From the IMG/VR virus record IMGVR_UViG_3300008120_000016, positions 32,001-96,000 of that record: a stretch of DNA of 64,000 nt; one strand, 5' to 3'. This stretch comes from a virus. Below are positions 35,788 to 47,400 of this stretch, piece by piece. Under the pieces are notes generated by a model. That model ran no database searches and was not told where the DNA came from. It was given only the letters and a program-made list of their open reading frames with translations. Every line of letters begins with the position of its first letter. The stretch's first letter is position 1. Position numbers and translations under genes: made by a program.

Positions 35788-38700
35788 TATTTACAAGATT
35801 TTTTATGATTTAATTCAAAACGAGGAGCCCAAGCTCTTTTATTACCTGGTAGTTTAATTTTCTTTTTAGTAGTGTTTACCTCACCACTTGCTTTTTTAAC
35901 AGCTTTATCTATGGCATTTTCATCTTTGTTTAAATCATTAGATGTAACTGATATTGTATTTTTTGTTGGATTAAGATCTGAAGGTTCCAAAAAGTGAACA
36001 GATGAATTATATCTCTTTATAGCATCCTTAGATGGTATATCATTAATGTATGTAGTAAGACCTATGTTATTCATTAAATAATCCATATAATCCATCTTTT
36101 CAAAATTAATAACTTTTTTACCATCAACTTCAGTTATATATGGAAATTTAAAGTTTAATTTTCCCTCTAAAAATTGCTTAGATGCATTAACTCTCATTCT
36201 ATCTACATAAGGTCTAATAATATTTAAATTGTCTTCATTAATGGTTAATACACCATTTATTTCTTCAAAGACTGGAAGAGTTGTCATTTGATCTTTAATA
36301 CGTACTGAAATATTTCTAAATTTTTGAGGTATTTGTAAATTATAATTAGACCCTGTAATCCATGTTTCTTTAGCCCAGTTCCAAAGATCTCTTTGCACAT
36401 CACCTAAATTAGAGCTGTTATCCTTTTCCATCTGATGATATACCTTCATTAACTCAACAAGATAATTGAATAAAGTATATTCTTTTCCATCTGTTGATGT
36501 AATTTTAACAGACTTTGATGCAGGAGTAAATAAAGGAGTACCTTGCAAAGCACCATCATTATCTTCTATGATAGCATTTAAATATTGACCTTGCAAAATA
36601 AATGATACATGATCTTGTTTTAATTTCTCAACAATATCTTTATCTCGTAAAGTATTTTTTTGACTTTTAGATTTTGGTTTTACTAAACCTTTTAATACCA
36701 TTTGCCCTTTACTAATTCTTTTAAGTTTAGCTATTTGGGGCTTACCGTTCATTACTTTTTCACGAGCTTTAAATAACTTATCTAATTGCTCAGGATTAAT
36801 TCTTTTTAAAGAATCAGGATGTGTATTAGGTGTATATGTATTAAAATATACTATTTGATTTTCACCATTATTAAACCGGCTAGCAATTGGATTATTTTTA
36901 TCTGCCTTACCTATTGCTTTACCATCTTTATCAAACACTATAGGATTACCATCTTTATCAGATATATATCCCACTACACCTTTGTCAGAAGAGATCCATT
37001 CTCTACTTTGTGCCGAACCATCCCATCTTAATCCTTCGGCATCTTTATCTAACGTAACATAAAAGTTAGCAATGTCATTTAAAGATGCTAACGATAACTT
37101 GTTAATAATGTTTCTAACTTTATAGTAATATAATTTAAATGAATCATATTCAATATATTCACCATTTTTAAGTTGCCCATCATTTCCTTTTGATCTTAGA
37201 CCTTCAGGCTCAACAGCAGTAATTGTAACACCAGACTTTACACTAGAAATATCAATTGCTGATGGATCTTCTTCATAAGATTTATTAGCTAAATCAGATG
37301 TTATTTTAAAATTTGCTTTCTGAGTTTGATTTGTTTCAGGTACAGGAGAAGGTGATGGTGGTGGTGGAGTAGGTGGTTTTGTAGTTTTGTCAATCTCAGC
37401 TTTAACATTATCAAATTCAGTTTGATTAGTAACTTTAGTTAACTTAAGACGACCCTTTTTAAATATTTCTAAAGTACCTGATTTATCAGAATAGTAATAT
37501 TTTGTTTTACCAACCTTAATTTGTTTAAGATCTTTAACAGCATTATTTATTTCTTGTGTATTAAGCCTAGCAACTTTTTGCTTTATCGAAGCTATAATAG
37601 AATTAAATATTGAATCCGGTAAAGCATCTTTAACTTTATTATCTGTTAATTCTTTAGTTATATTGTTTAATTCATCCACTGTAGCTGCGGATGCAATTTT
37701 TTGCATATACTTTTCAGATGGAAGTTGATCATCAACAACAACTGCATCTTTATTCATCAAGTCATTTGTTAGAGACAAAACTTCAGACAATGTTGTATCA
37801 GAAATATTTATTCCGATTCTAGATAGTATATCACTTAATAGTTCTATAAAAGTTTCCCAAATTGTTTTGCTTGTATTAGCGTAAGGTGTTTTAGCTAATA
37901 AATATTGAAATGAAGGATTTGTAAATGCTTCTGTTACAAACTCTCGTAATTGCTGCCCTTCATCTAGATTTTTTTGATAAGCATAAAAAGTTTGAGCACC
38001 TGGAACATTTTTTACAGTGTTGTATAAACTTTTAATTGCTTTAGCATATTCGGATGTAGGGTCACTAATTGAATCTTCGATAACAGCATGTATAAGTTCA
38101 TGAAGAATAACAGTTTCAGCAGGTACTGATAAACCATTTTCTTTATATCCTGCAATATCAAGATTTATAAATATTTCTTTAGTAACATAATCAAACATTC
38201 CAGCTGTATCAAGATTATTATTAACTTTAATAACGTCTTCTTCAGATACAACTCTTAATAACTTTTTAGCTAATTCTTTTTCATAATCTGTAGCAAACTG
38301 ACTATCAATTATAAATAATAACGCATTTTCAGTTTTAATACTACCATCGGCATCTACCTGTAAAAGTTTAGATAATTCATCAGTGGTTCTTGTATCAGTA
38401 GAAAACTTTTGTCTTAAACTATTAAAGGGAAGTCCTACTTGATTTTGATCAACAGGTTCGTATGAAAATAATTTTTCTTTACTTTTAAATCCAACAGCTG
38501 CATTTAATTGACTCTTATATTTATTAAGCTGTTCATTTTTAGCATAATCTTCAACTTGTAAAATCTGTTGCTTATTTAATATTGAATCTGAATTTTCAAG
38601 TACATTTAAAATTTCAGTTTCAGTTAATGGCTCAGCATTATCATCTTCAGACTTTGTAAGATTATATGTTTGAATAGCACCAGCATATAATGATTGTAAC

Positions 38701-41700
38701 AATGCTAAACCATCTGATCCACGTTTAAAATATTTTTGGGATATATTGGTTATAGCTTTTAATGCATCAGATTTAGATCCTTTTAATACAATAGGAAAAT
38801 TTGACAATACATCTGCATAAAGATTTGCAGAATCATCAAATTTATTTAAAAATTTATTTAATAAAGCAACTTGGTTTTTATCAATAATATCAGTATCATT
38901 GACTTTTTTATTACTTAAAGAAAGTTTTTCATTATGCTCATTCCAACTATCTAATATGTCTAATATTGTATTATTAGACATCATACCAATCATAGCTTTT
39001 CTATACTCACTGAATAATGCAAATTCTTCATTACTGATAACAGAGTTTTGTTCTTTTACAGGAATTCTTAAAACTTCTAATATTTCTTCAGGAGTTTTAT
39101 ATACATCTTTATTTAAAAATCCTTGAACAGAATCTCTTGCTTCTTGTTCTAATTCTTTTCTTGTCTGAGTAGATGGATATTCTACTTTTTTTGTGTTAGG
39201 ATTATAAACTGGATCTAAACCAGTTTCCATATCTAACAAATACTCATACAAAGCTTCTTTCAATTTATCAGGATTATTCTCTGGTCCATAATAATCATTT
39301 AATCCTTTATGAAGTTGAAGAGTTAAAATACGAGCTACACCAAGATTTATTATTTCACTAGCACCTTTACGAGTTGATTCGTCATAAGAATAAATATTTG
39401 ATTCTGTAATAATTTCTGCATTAAGTAAATTTTGAATAGCTATTTTTTGAGCTGCACTTCTAACACCCACATTTCGATTACTCATTATACCACGATGAGT
39501 AGGATTTGTAAATATGTTACTAGTAAGAACTATATATGATAAATCACCTTTTTGTTCTTTAAGCTTTTCAGATTTTTCTTGAAGATTTTTTACAAACGAT
39601 TCTACACTGCTTTGAAATTTTTCTTTTAACTGAATAAGATCAGATAATACTTCACTAGTTTCAGATGAATTAACATTCTTTAAAAGATTACTTATTCTAC
39701 GATCAATTGCTTTTAAATATTCTTTTTCAAAATGTTCTATAAGTTCTTCTTTAAATTCAGGTTTTAATTTAATATTTAATTGATCATATAATAAATCAAA
39801 AGTACTATTTAAAGGATTACTATTTGATGCAAATGAATCAGTAATTAATTTTTTAGCTCCATTAATATCTTTTGAAGCTATTTCCTGCATAGCCTTTGCT
39901 ATTACATCTATTTTAATTTTAGAATATTTTTCATAATACTCATCACGTTGCTGTTGCTCAAGCTTAGCTAATACAGGATATAATAATGCAAACGCTTCTG
40001 TTATTTCATTTAATGTAACATCCGGTTTATTTATAACTTGATCTAATGTTTTTAAAACTTGCTCATACTCTTGTACAAACTCTGGATCAGTATCTTTTAA
40101 AACTTTAGTAGTTCCGGCTTCAGCAGCAGCTTTATTAAGTTTATCTGTTACTTCATCAACTACTTTTATAAAATCAGGATTACTTAATATATTATCATTT
40201 TGATATTCTGATAGTAATTTTTCAAGTTCAGATTTTGTATTAACAGCTTTAACTTTTTCAATTGCTTCTTGTAGTTTAGATTGTTGAGGATTTTGTTGTG
40301 GTCCTTGTTGATTATTATTATCTAAACCAATTAAACCTAATGTTGCATTAATTAAGTAATCATAGTTATCGTTTGTTTCAACCCCATCAGGTCCAAAGTC
40401 TTCTACTACATCTAATCCTTCATATATAGTATCAATTGATTTAGGATATTTTTGACGATTGCTAAACAACATTTTACCTACATCGTTTTTTTGTTGCTCA
40501 GTCATTGAAAGTTTTACTCTTACTTCATCTCTGATTCTTTCTAATTCAGCTATTGATTTAGGATATCTACTTTTAAAAATATCACCATAAACAACCTCGC
40601 CTTGATCATCTACATATCCTTTTATAATCCATGGAGGTTGTTGGTTTCTACCAAATACATAATGCCAATCTATTTTCTTACCATCTGTACCAGAAGAAGA
40701 AAAATAAAAAGGAACAACAAACTTTCCAACACGAACTAATACAAATACTCTTCCGTCATAGTTAAATATAAACTGACCATCAAAGTTTATTAAATTTTTA
40801 TTGATAAACTCTTTATCCCAGTTTTTAAGAAGAGCTGTTACATCTGTCATCATTGTATCAGCATCAGTATCTGTTTTACTACTTCCGGTGAAATCAATCT
40901 TTCCAGGAACATCTTCCATAGTAATAACCTTACCATCAACTTTAATGTAACCTTTAGTACCAGTTTTTTTAGGTCTTGTTATTTGTTTTTGAACTTTATT
41001 ATCTTTAATAAGTTTTTGAAGTTCATCTTTAGACCAACTGCCAACACCATTTAAACTAGTTTTAAAACTAATTTTATCATCTTCAATTTTAGTAATTGTA
41101 TAAGATAATCCTGAATCTTTTGAAAATAAAGTATCCCCTACTTCTATATCATTTACTTCTTCTAAATCAACAACACCAGACTCTGTTTCAACAGATTCTT
41201 CACTCTGAGGAGCATCAGGAGAAATACCTTTTTCTTCAGAAGAAATAGCAGCTTCATATTCAGCATCTCTCTTTTTAGCCTCTTCTTCAGCTTCTTCTTT
41301 TGTGGCAAATCCTTTTGCTACTACTACATCTTCAGGATCAACAACATACCAAGTATTATCATCTGGATTTTGTTCTACTTTGTGTTTAGGTATTTCATAA
41401 ACGTCAACACCAGTTCCTTCGGCTATTTCTGCTTTCATTTCTTCTTGAAACTTCTTCATCATAGCCTCCCAAGCAGACATAGATGCATTTTTTACAAGCT
41501 CCATGTTTTTAGGATCAGCAAGTAAATTCATTGCATCAACATATTCTTTATGATCTTTATTAAGCTTAATGTAATCAACTACTTTATTAAAAACATCTTC
41601 AACATCTTCTTTCGAAACAGCTCTATCAATTCTGTTCCTTTCATTCATAATATTAATTAAATTAGCAAAAGCTCTATATGACTTATCAACTTTTGCCTCG

Positions 41701-44492
41701 TTAATTAATTCATCTTTGGTGTCTAACCAATCATTTAAATTTTTAAGTTCTTCTTTCTTGCTTTTATAAAGTTCACGTTGCTCGGCACTTACAATTTGAG
41801 ATTGTTCTATATTTTTAATCTCCATTGTAAGAAGATTCATATGTCTTTTTAAAGACTGATCAGTTGCTAAAACAGTTAGAACTTGTACAGCAGAAGCACC
41901 TATATTTTTATTATTACCAATTTCAGATTGAAGTTCACTAGCTCTAATAATAACCTGTTTTGCTTTAAAAGAATTAGTAGCTAACATTTCTATAATAGAA
42001 TCTAAAACCTGTTTCTGTTGCTTAGCTTTAACATAATCTTCAGGTTTATTATTCTTGTATAAATCAGGAATTATTCTATCTGCGTATTTATCTTTTAAAA
42101 CTTGATATGTATTGTAATAATCTTCTATATTATTTACAACAGTATCTGTAAAGTTTTTTACGTTCTTTTTATTTGTTTCAGTAGGGTCTATTCCAAAAGC
42201 TTCTTTAAATTCTTGATCAGTAAATTCAACTCCAAACTCTTTAATACTATCTCTTAAAGATTCATATAAATCTAATTTGATAGCTGCGGCTACAGTTTTA
42301 GCTAAAGCTGAATCTTTTGAATTATTGAAAACATATTTGTCTTGATTAGCTGCTGCTTCATCCATGTTTTCAGCAGCTTTATTATTTACTTTAATATTAG
42401 CAATTGCTTCATTCTGTAACCATTTAGGATCTTGATACAAATGGTTCATTAAAGCAACAGATTCATTAACTAAGTCTTTAGTTGTTTTAAATTCTGTAGA
42501 TAATTTAACACTATCTTGAATATTTTTTAACTCTTCACCTTGTGGTTCTTTACCATTTTCAAGTTTATACTGCTGTACTTTAGCATCTACAAGTTGTTTA
42601 TAAGTTTGAGCTGCAGCTTTTCTACCTTTATAATTACGATTAGCTTCTGAAATTTTACTAAAGCCCAATTGCATAGGAGCAATTAATCTACCGGTTAGTG
42701 CACCCATCAAAAAGGTTTTCATACCCTGCATATCAGTAAGAGGATTTTGCATACTTCCTATTACACTATCCATCTTACTTCCATAACCTTTTTTACCATG
42801 ATGTAAATCATAGTAATAATCAGTCAATCCTTTACTAGATGCTTCTTGAATAAGTTCTTGCATCCCTTCAGACCCTTCAAATTTCATTAATCCTTTACCG
42901 AGGGATTTAGTAATTTCCCATGCTGCTGCTCCTTTACCAAAATCTTTAGCAATTTGACGAGCTGCACCCACTCTACCAAGAAGACCTGTTTTATAAACTC
43001 TTGATGCTGTTTTTCCTTCAATCTTACCAGTTACTTGAAATGCTTTACCTGCTAATGAATTCATTCCTTCACTTAATATACTTCTAGACTTTTTAAAAGT
43101 ATTAAACATTGTATTAAACTGAATACGATTCATTACAGATAATACACCAACGTTAGTCCAAAAGTTATCATGCGATGCTCTTTCAGCTGTTTGTTTTATA
43201 TTTTCTAATTCATTAGCATTAGGTTCTCTACCATTTTTATTTATAAAGTCATTTACAAGTCTATCAGTTAATGTTTTATATGTACTAGCTGCCTCAAAAA
43301 TAGATTCAGACCTAGCCATATTAAATTCACTAAGACCACGTCTAATTCCACCAAGTCCTGTAAAAGCTAATTGTGCAAACCCTGCACCAGCTTTATACAT
43401 TTTTGCCATTTCTTCTACACTACCAACAACTGGTACAAATTTCTTCATACCATTAAGAATTGAACCTTCTACACGAGCAGATTTAGTAATAGTATTTGCA
43501 ACTTTACGAGTATCATTTACTAGTTCACCAACTGTAAATACACCTTTTGGTGTAAACATATTTTTTACATTATCAACTCCTCTAGCAACAGTTGACATTG
43601 ATTTAATTTTTGCCATTTGTTCTGCAGATCTAGCAACTCTACCCAACAACATACCTTTTGTAAGGGGTGCAAAAAAAGTAGATGCACCAAATGTTAAAGC
43701 TTCTTCAGCAGCAAATTGCAATCCAGCACCAATGGCAAACCCAGATTGCTGAAGCATGTTTCCAAAAAACTGTCTATTCCACAAAGTTTCTTTTGATTCA
43801 GCCGTATCATAGATAGCATACTTATTCATGATATCTTCTTGCTTCTTAGCCATCTCATATCTTTCTTCTTCAGAACCCATGAGTTTAGAAGAATCCCATG
43901 TAAACAAAGCTTCTGTCATTCTACCCCAACCTTTCCATCCTTCTATAAATGTATCAGCTGCTAAGTGACCAGCTCCTGCTAAACCATTAGCAATTGTTTC
44001 CCCCCAAGTTTGAGCTCTTCCGTATAAATATTCTTGCTCATCACCAATCATAGGATTTAAACCAAATGTTTGGAAATTCTTAGAATTTTTATACCTATCA
44101 TAATCAGCTTGTGTTCCAAGAACCATAGGTTTATTAGTAGCTAACAAACTACGTTCTTCAGGATTAACTCTTTGTGCTAATTTATTATATGCATCATCTG
44201 GATTAAAACCTGGAATTGTTGTATTACCTCCACCAGAAGAAGGAAGAGGTCCGTAATTATTTAAAAGATTTTCACCTTCTCTTTGTAAATTTTGTACATC
44301 TGCAATAAGATCTGTAATACTTTCACCATAAGATATACTCTTAGCATATTCTTCTCCCGTAGGACCAAGATTTTGCATCGTCAATTGATGATCAAAACTT
44401 AAGTCTTCAGCTTTAGGCATACCTGTATCAGGTACAAATGTTTGTGAAGAAGGTAATGGAGCAAAACCTGGTAGTTGTGGAGTATCGGGCAT
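35787..44492 (-). CDS. Giant virion cargo (ejection) protein, 2901 aa, with a zincin metallopeptidase domain
   Basis: ILHELIHA (38088-38102) plus downstream REFVTEAF; Gly/Ala-rich amphipathic N-terminal third; TAATG-coupled to the vRNAP gene. Confidence 0.8.
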   Translation of the reverse strand: MPDTPQLPGFAPLPSSQTFVPDTGMPKAEDLSFDHQLTMQNLGPTGEEYAKSISYGESITDLIADVQNLQREGENLLNNYGPLPSSGGGNTTIPGFNPDDAYNKLAQRVNPEERSLLATNKPMVLGTQADYDRYKNSKNFQTFGLNPMIGDEQEYLYGRAQTWGETIANGLAGAGHLAADTFIEGWKGWGRMTEALFTWDSSKLMGSEEERYEMAKKQEDIMNKYAIYDTAESKETLWNRQFFGNMLQQSGFAIGAGLQFAAEEALTFGASTFFAPLTKGMLLGRVARSAEQMAKIKSMSTVARGVDNVKNMFTPKGVFTVGELVNDTRKVANTITKSARVEGSILNGMKKFVPVVGSVEEMAKMYKAGAGFAQLAFTGLGGIRRGLSEFNMARSESIFEAASTYKTLTDRLVNDFINKNGREPNANELENIKQTAERASHDNFWTNVGVLSVMNRIQFNTMFNTFKKSRSILSEGMNSLAGKAFQVTGKIEGKTASRVYKTGLLGRVGAARQIAKDFGKGAAAWEITKSLGKGLMKFEGSEGMQELIQEASSKGLTDYYYDLHHGKKGYGSKMDSVIGSMQNPLTDMQGMKTFLMGALTGRLIAPMQLGFSKISEANRNYKGRKAAAQTYKQLVDAKVQQYKLENGKEPQGEELKNIQDSVKLSTEFKTTKDLVNESVALMNHLYQDPKWLQNEAIANIKVNNKAAENMDEAAANQDKYVFNNSKDSALAKTVAAAIKLDLYESLRDSIKEFGVEFTDQEFKEAFGIDPTETNKKNVKNFTDTVVNNIEDYYNTYQVLKDKYADRIIPDLYKNNKPEDYVKAKQQKQVLDSIIEMLATNSFKAKQVIIRASELQSEIGNNKNIGASAVQVLTVLATDQSLKRHMNLLTMEIKNIEQSQIVSAEQRELYKSKKEELKNLNDWLDTKDELINEAKVDKSYRAFANLINIMNERNRIDRAVSKEDVEDVFNKVVDYIKLNKDHKEYVDAMNLLADPKNMELVKNASMSAWEAMMKKFQEEMKAEIAEGTGVDVYEIPKHKVEQNPDDNTWYVVDPEDVVVAKGFATKEEAEEEAKKRDAEYEAAISSEEKGISPDAPQSEESVETESGVVDLEEVNDIEVGDTLFSKDSGLSYTITKIEDDKISFKTSLNGVGSWSKDELQKLIKDNKVQKQITRPKKTGTKGYIKVDGKVITMEDVPGKIDFTGSSKTDTDADTMMTDVTALLKNWDKEFINKNLINFDGQFIFNYDGRVFVLVRVGKFVVPFYFSSSGTDGKKIDWHYVFGRNQQPPWIIKGYVDDQGEVVYGDIFKSRYPKSIAELERIRDEVRVKLSMTEQQKNDVGKMLFSNRQKYPKSIDTIYEGLDVVEDFGPDGVETNDNYDYLINATLGLIGLDNNNQQGPQQNPQQSKLQEAIEKVKAVNTKSELEKLLSEYQNDNILSNPDFIKVVDEVTDKLNKAAAEAGTTKVLKDTDPEFVQEYEQVLKTLDQVINKPDVTLNEITEAFALLYPVLAKLEQQQRDEYYEKYSKIKIDVIAKAMQEIASKDINGAKKLITDSFASNSNPLNSTFDLLYDQLNIKLKPEFKEELIEHFEKEYLKAIDRRISNLLKNVNSSETSEVLSDLIQLKEKFQSSVESFVKNLQEKSEKLKEQKGDLSYIVLTSNIFTNPTHRGIMSNRNVGVRSAAQKIAIQNLLNAEIITESNIYSYDESTRKGASEIINLGVARILTLQLHKGLNDYYGPENNPDKLKEALYEYLLDMETGLDPVYNPNTKKVEYPSTQTRKELEQEARDSVQGFLNKDVYKTPEEILEVLRIPVKEQNSVISNEEFALFSEYRKAMIGMMSNNTILDILDSWNEHNEKLSLSNKKVNDTDIIDKNQVALLNKFLNKFDDSANLYADVLSNFPIVLKGSKSDALKAITNISQKYFKRGSDGLALLQSLYAGAIQTYNLTKSEDDNAEPLTETEILNVLENSDSILNKQQILQVEDYAKNEQLNKYKSQLNAAVGFKSKEKLFSYEPVDQNQVGLPFNSLRQKFSTDTRTTDELSKLLQVDADGSIKTENALLFIIDSQFATDYEKELAKKLLRVVSEEDVIKVNNNLDTAGMFDYVTKEIFINLDIAGYKENGLSVPAETVILHELIHAVIEDSISDPTSEYAKAIKSLYNTVKNVPGAQTFYAYQKNLDEGQQLREFVTEAFTNPSFQYLLAKTPYANTSKTIWETFIELLSDILSRIGINISDTTLSEVLSLTNDLMNKDAVVVDDQLPSEKYMQKIASAATVDELNNITKELTDNKVKDALPDSIFNSIIASIKQKVARLNTQEINNAVKDLKQIKVGKTKYYYSDKSGTLEIFKKGRLKLTKVTNQTEFDNVKAEIDKTTKPPTPPPPSPSPVPETNQTQKANFKITSDLANKSYEEDPSAIDISSVKSGVTITAVEPEGLRSKGNDGQLKNGEYIEYDSFKLYYYKVRNIINKLSLASLNDIANFYVTLDKDAEGLRWDGSAQSREWISSDKGVVGYISDKDGNPIVFDKDGKAIGKADKNNPIASRFNNGENQIVYFNTYTPNTHPDSLKRINPEQLDKLFKAREKVMNGKPQIAKLKRISKGQMVLKGLVKPKSKSQKNTLRDKDIVEKLKQDHVSFILQGQYLNAIIEDNDGALQGTPLFTPASKSVKITSTDGKEYTLFNYLVELMKVYHQMEKDNSSNLGDVQRDLWNWAKETWITGSNYNLQIPQKFRNISVRIKDQMTTLPVFEEINGVLTINEDNLNIIRPYVDRMRVNASKQFLEGKLNFKFPYITEVDGKKVINFEKMDYMDYLMNNIGLTTYINDIPSKDAIKRYNSSVHFLEPSDLNPTKNTISVTSNDLNKDENAIDKAVKKASGEVNTTKKKIKLPGNKRAWAPRFELNHKKSCK

Positions 44493-44495
44493 TTC

Positions 44496-47400
44496 TTAAT
44501 AACTTTTTATTAATTCATTACGAATAGACTGTGTAGTAACAGGTGGTACACCAGCAGCAGCTGCTTGTGTTTTCATTTGATTGTTGATTGCAATTTTACC
44601 TAAAACATATGGATTAATAAAGGTTTCGTATATATTATTTTTAATTTCAGGAAAAGTTGTTTTAGATAAATCATATTCCATTCTATCACCATAAGGAACA
44701 AACTCGGTTGAATAACTACCAGGTTGACCATTTACACCAGGTGTGTATGGTTTATAATAAAGTTGTATATATCCTGTATTTGAACCTGCTTGAGAAGGCA
44801 TCATTTCAGCTTTAACTCCTTCAGCTTGAAATGCATCAAAATGATATTTAGTTCCATCTTTTCTATTAGTAGCAAACTCACCTACTTCATTAACATTAGA
44901 AAATACATGATAAATGGAAGGTGAAGCAATTGTAGGACTAATAGGAAAATAAAAACTTTTACCTGCCCAAGCTGGAGGATTTTCACCAGAAGGAGTTTTC
45001 ATTGTTATTTTAACAGCTTGTCCTCCTCCATTTAAAGGAGAAGATGTAAAAAGTTTTACAGATGTAACATTATCTTTTGTTTCCAATGCGGTTCTAATCT
45101 CAGCTTGCAAAGCAGGAGGAACATCCGTAGCTTCACTTGTTCCATCTGCATATTGAAATATTGCAGAGTTTGTTGGTGTAACTTCACTTAAACCATGTAA
45201 CATTTTTTCTTTATTTTCTCCTGATATTTCATAAAAAGGAGAACCTTGTACCAAACCTGGTGCAATACCTGCACCTTGCATAAATTGAGGAATAGGTATT
45301 TGACTATTAATTTCTTTTGTATACTTTTGAAAAGTTTTAGATGTATAAGGAACAGCTGTTATAATTTTACCATTTTCATACTGATCATAGATGTAGTATT
45401 CTTTACCTTTATAAGTAAACATAACTTTACTAGCATCTGATAAAGGTACATCAGGGTTATGAGTATGATGTGTAAATTGTATAGCTCCATTAACATACCC
45501 TTCAGCAATATCTTCAATATCATCATCTGTTAAATCAGCACGTTTATCAAAACCCATTGAAATATCTTCATTGATAGCTTTTTTAAACTTCATCATATTT
45601 TTAGAAACATATGCTTTATCTATAACATCTTTTGTACCATCTGGTTTTGTATAAAACATACCTGCATAATCAGGATTGTTACCTAACTTATCAACAATAT
45701 ATTTACGACCACTTTCTAAAGCTTTTCCAGATATTTCAATTTCTTGTAAATTGTTTTTGTAATCCATCAAAGCTCGTTTAGCTTCAACTTCATTTTTGGT
45801 TCTTGCTTGATAACCTGTAGTTGCTCTTTCTAGTAAATCAGGCATTCTTGATAGTAAAGTTCTATCAACTTTTGTATTTGCAAAATTTTGACGTTCCTGA
45901 TCTAAAAAAGTATTAGTAGGATTATTTTTAGAAAATGCCCACATTTTACTATAAGCATCTCTAAGAGCTGCTGTTTCTTGTGCTGTAAGCGTTACTTTTG
46001 TTTTATCATCAGCATTATAGTATTTTGTAAAAGCAGTTCTTATAGAACTAACATTTACATCAGATACCCCCATTGATTCTAATAATGACAAAGCCCCAAA
46101 AGTTTTTGTCATATTATTAAGAGCTGTATTATTAGCAGATTGTACTTTATCTTTTAGTTTAGTAATTGCTTCAGTGGATGTAATAACTGTTGAACTAACA
46201 TCTATTGGTGTAATTCCAGCTGTACCATCTTCAGTTGCATAAGTACCATCAGAATTCATTTTATATGTACCATCAGCATTCTTTACTCTGCGTTTACCTT
46301 GCATAGCAAGTTTAGCATCAAGTTCTTTTTCTTTTAAATCAAGTTTAGCATCATCTACTGCATTATCATGAATATCATCTTTAATATCATTAACAGCTCT
46401 CATTGCATTGGTTTTAGCAACCATTATATCAACATAAGCTCTATCTTCTTTAACAGTACGTGAAACAGAAGCTGATTTAATATTACTAAATCTTGTAACA
46501 TCATTTTTAAATTGCAAATCAGAAAAAAAGGTCTGAGGGCTTTTTACAAAATTGTCCATGTAACTATTCATATTTTTTTGAACAGTGCCATCATCACTTC
46601 CAAATGTTTGATTATAACTTTCTCGTACAGCTTTAGCTTTTTCGTCCAAGCTATTCCTATTTCTTGAACGTTGTTCTAAAGCAATATACATTTGTGCCTC
46701 TTGTGTATTGCTATTTCCAGCAATTATATCTTGTTTACCTTTAATATATTTATCTGCATTAGGACCTTTTAATTCTGCATCTATTGCACCAGTTTCATCA
46801 AACACTCTTTTATTAATATTATCTAAATATTGTTTTTGAGTATTTCTATGTTCATTAAAACTAGTTCTAGCATAATCTTTATAAATATCTTCATTAGAAG
46901 AATTAGCCCATTTTGGATCAGCTTTATATTTTTCAATTACTTTTTCTTGTCTACTTTGGCCAAGGATTTGTAATTGTCTTTGATATACATTATTAGAAGC
47001 TAAAACGTTTTCAGCAAACGTTTGATAGTTTTGATCAAACTGAGGACCTCCCTCTACAGTGACAATATACGGCTGTCCTAAATTATCAATTTTAGTTTTG
47101 AATCCTTTTTCTTTTACTGCTTTATCTAATAAGTCTTGAGGATCAACATATGCAGCTGCTGTTCTTCCTTCAACTTTATAGTTATCAATATTACCTTGTC
47201 CTGTTTTTAAACTATTTAAATCACGTGCAACCCACTCTTGTATTTCAGCATTATATTGTTTACGTACATCCATGTCTTCAGAATTCTTCCATGCCTCCAT
47301 TCTACCGATTTCATTCTTAATTCTTTTTGTATGATATTGATCATACAAAATTGCTTTATCTGTAGAAACAGGATCAAACAAAGAATTTGCATAATTTACA

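Noticed and set aside
35776-35795. Programmed -1 frameshift fusing the 2901-aa protein to the vRNAP at the TAATG overlap
   Set aside because: No X XXY YYZ slippery heptamer at the junction; ordinary translational coupling explains the overlap.
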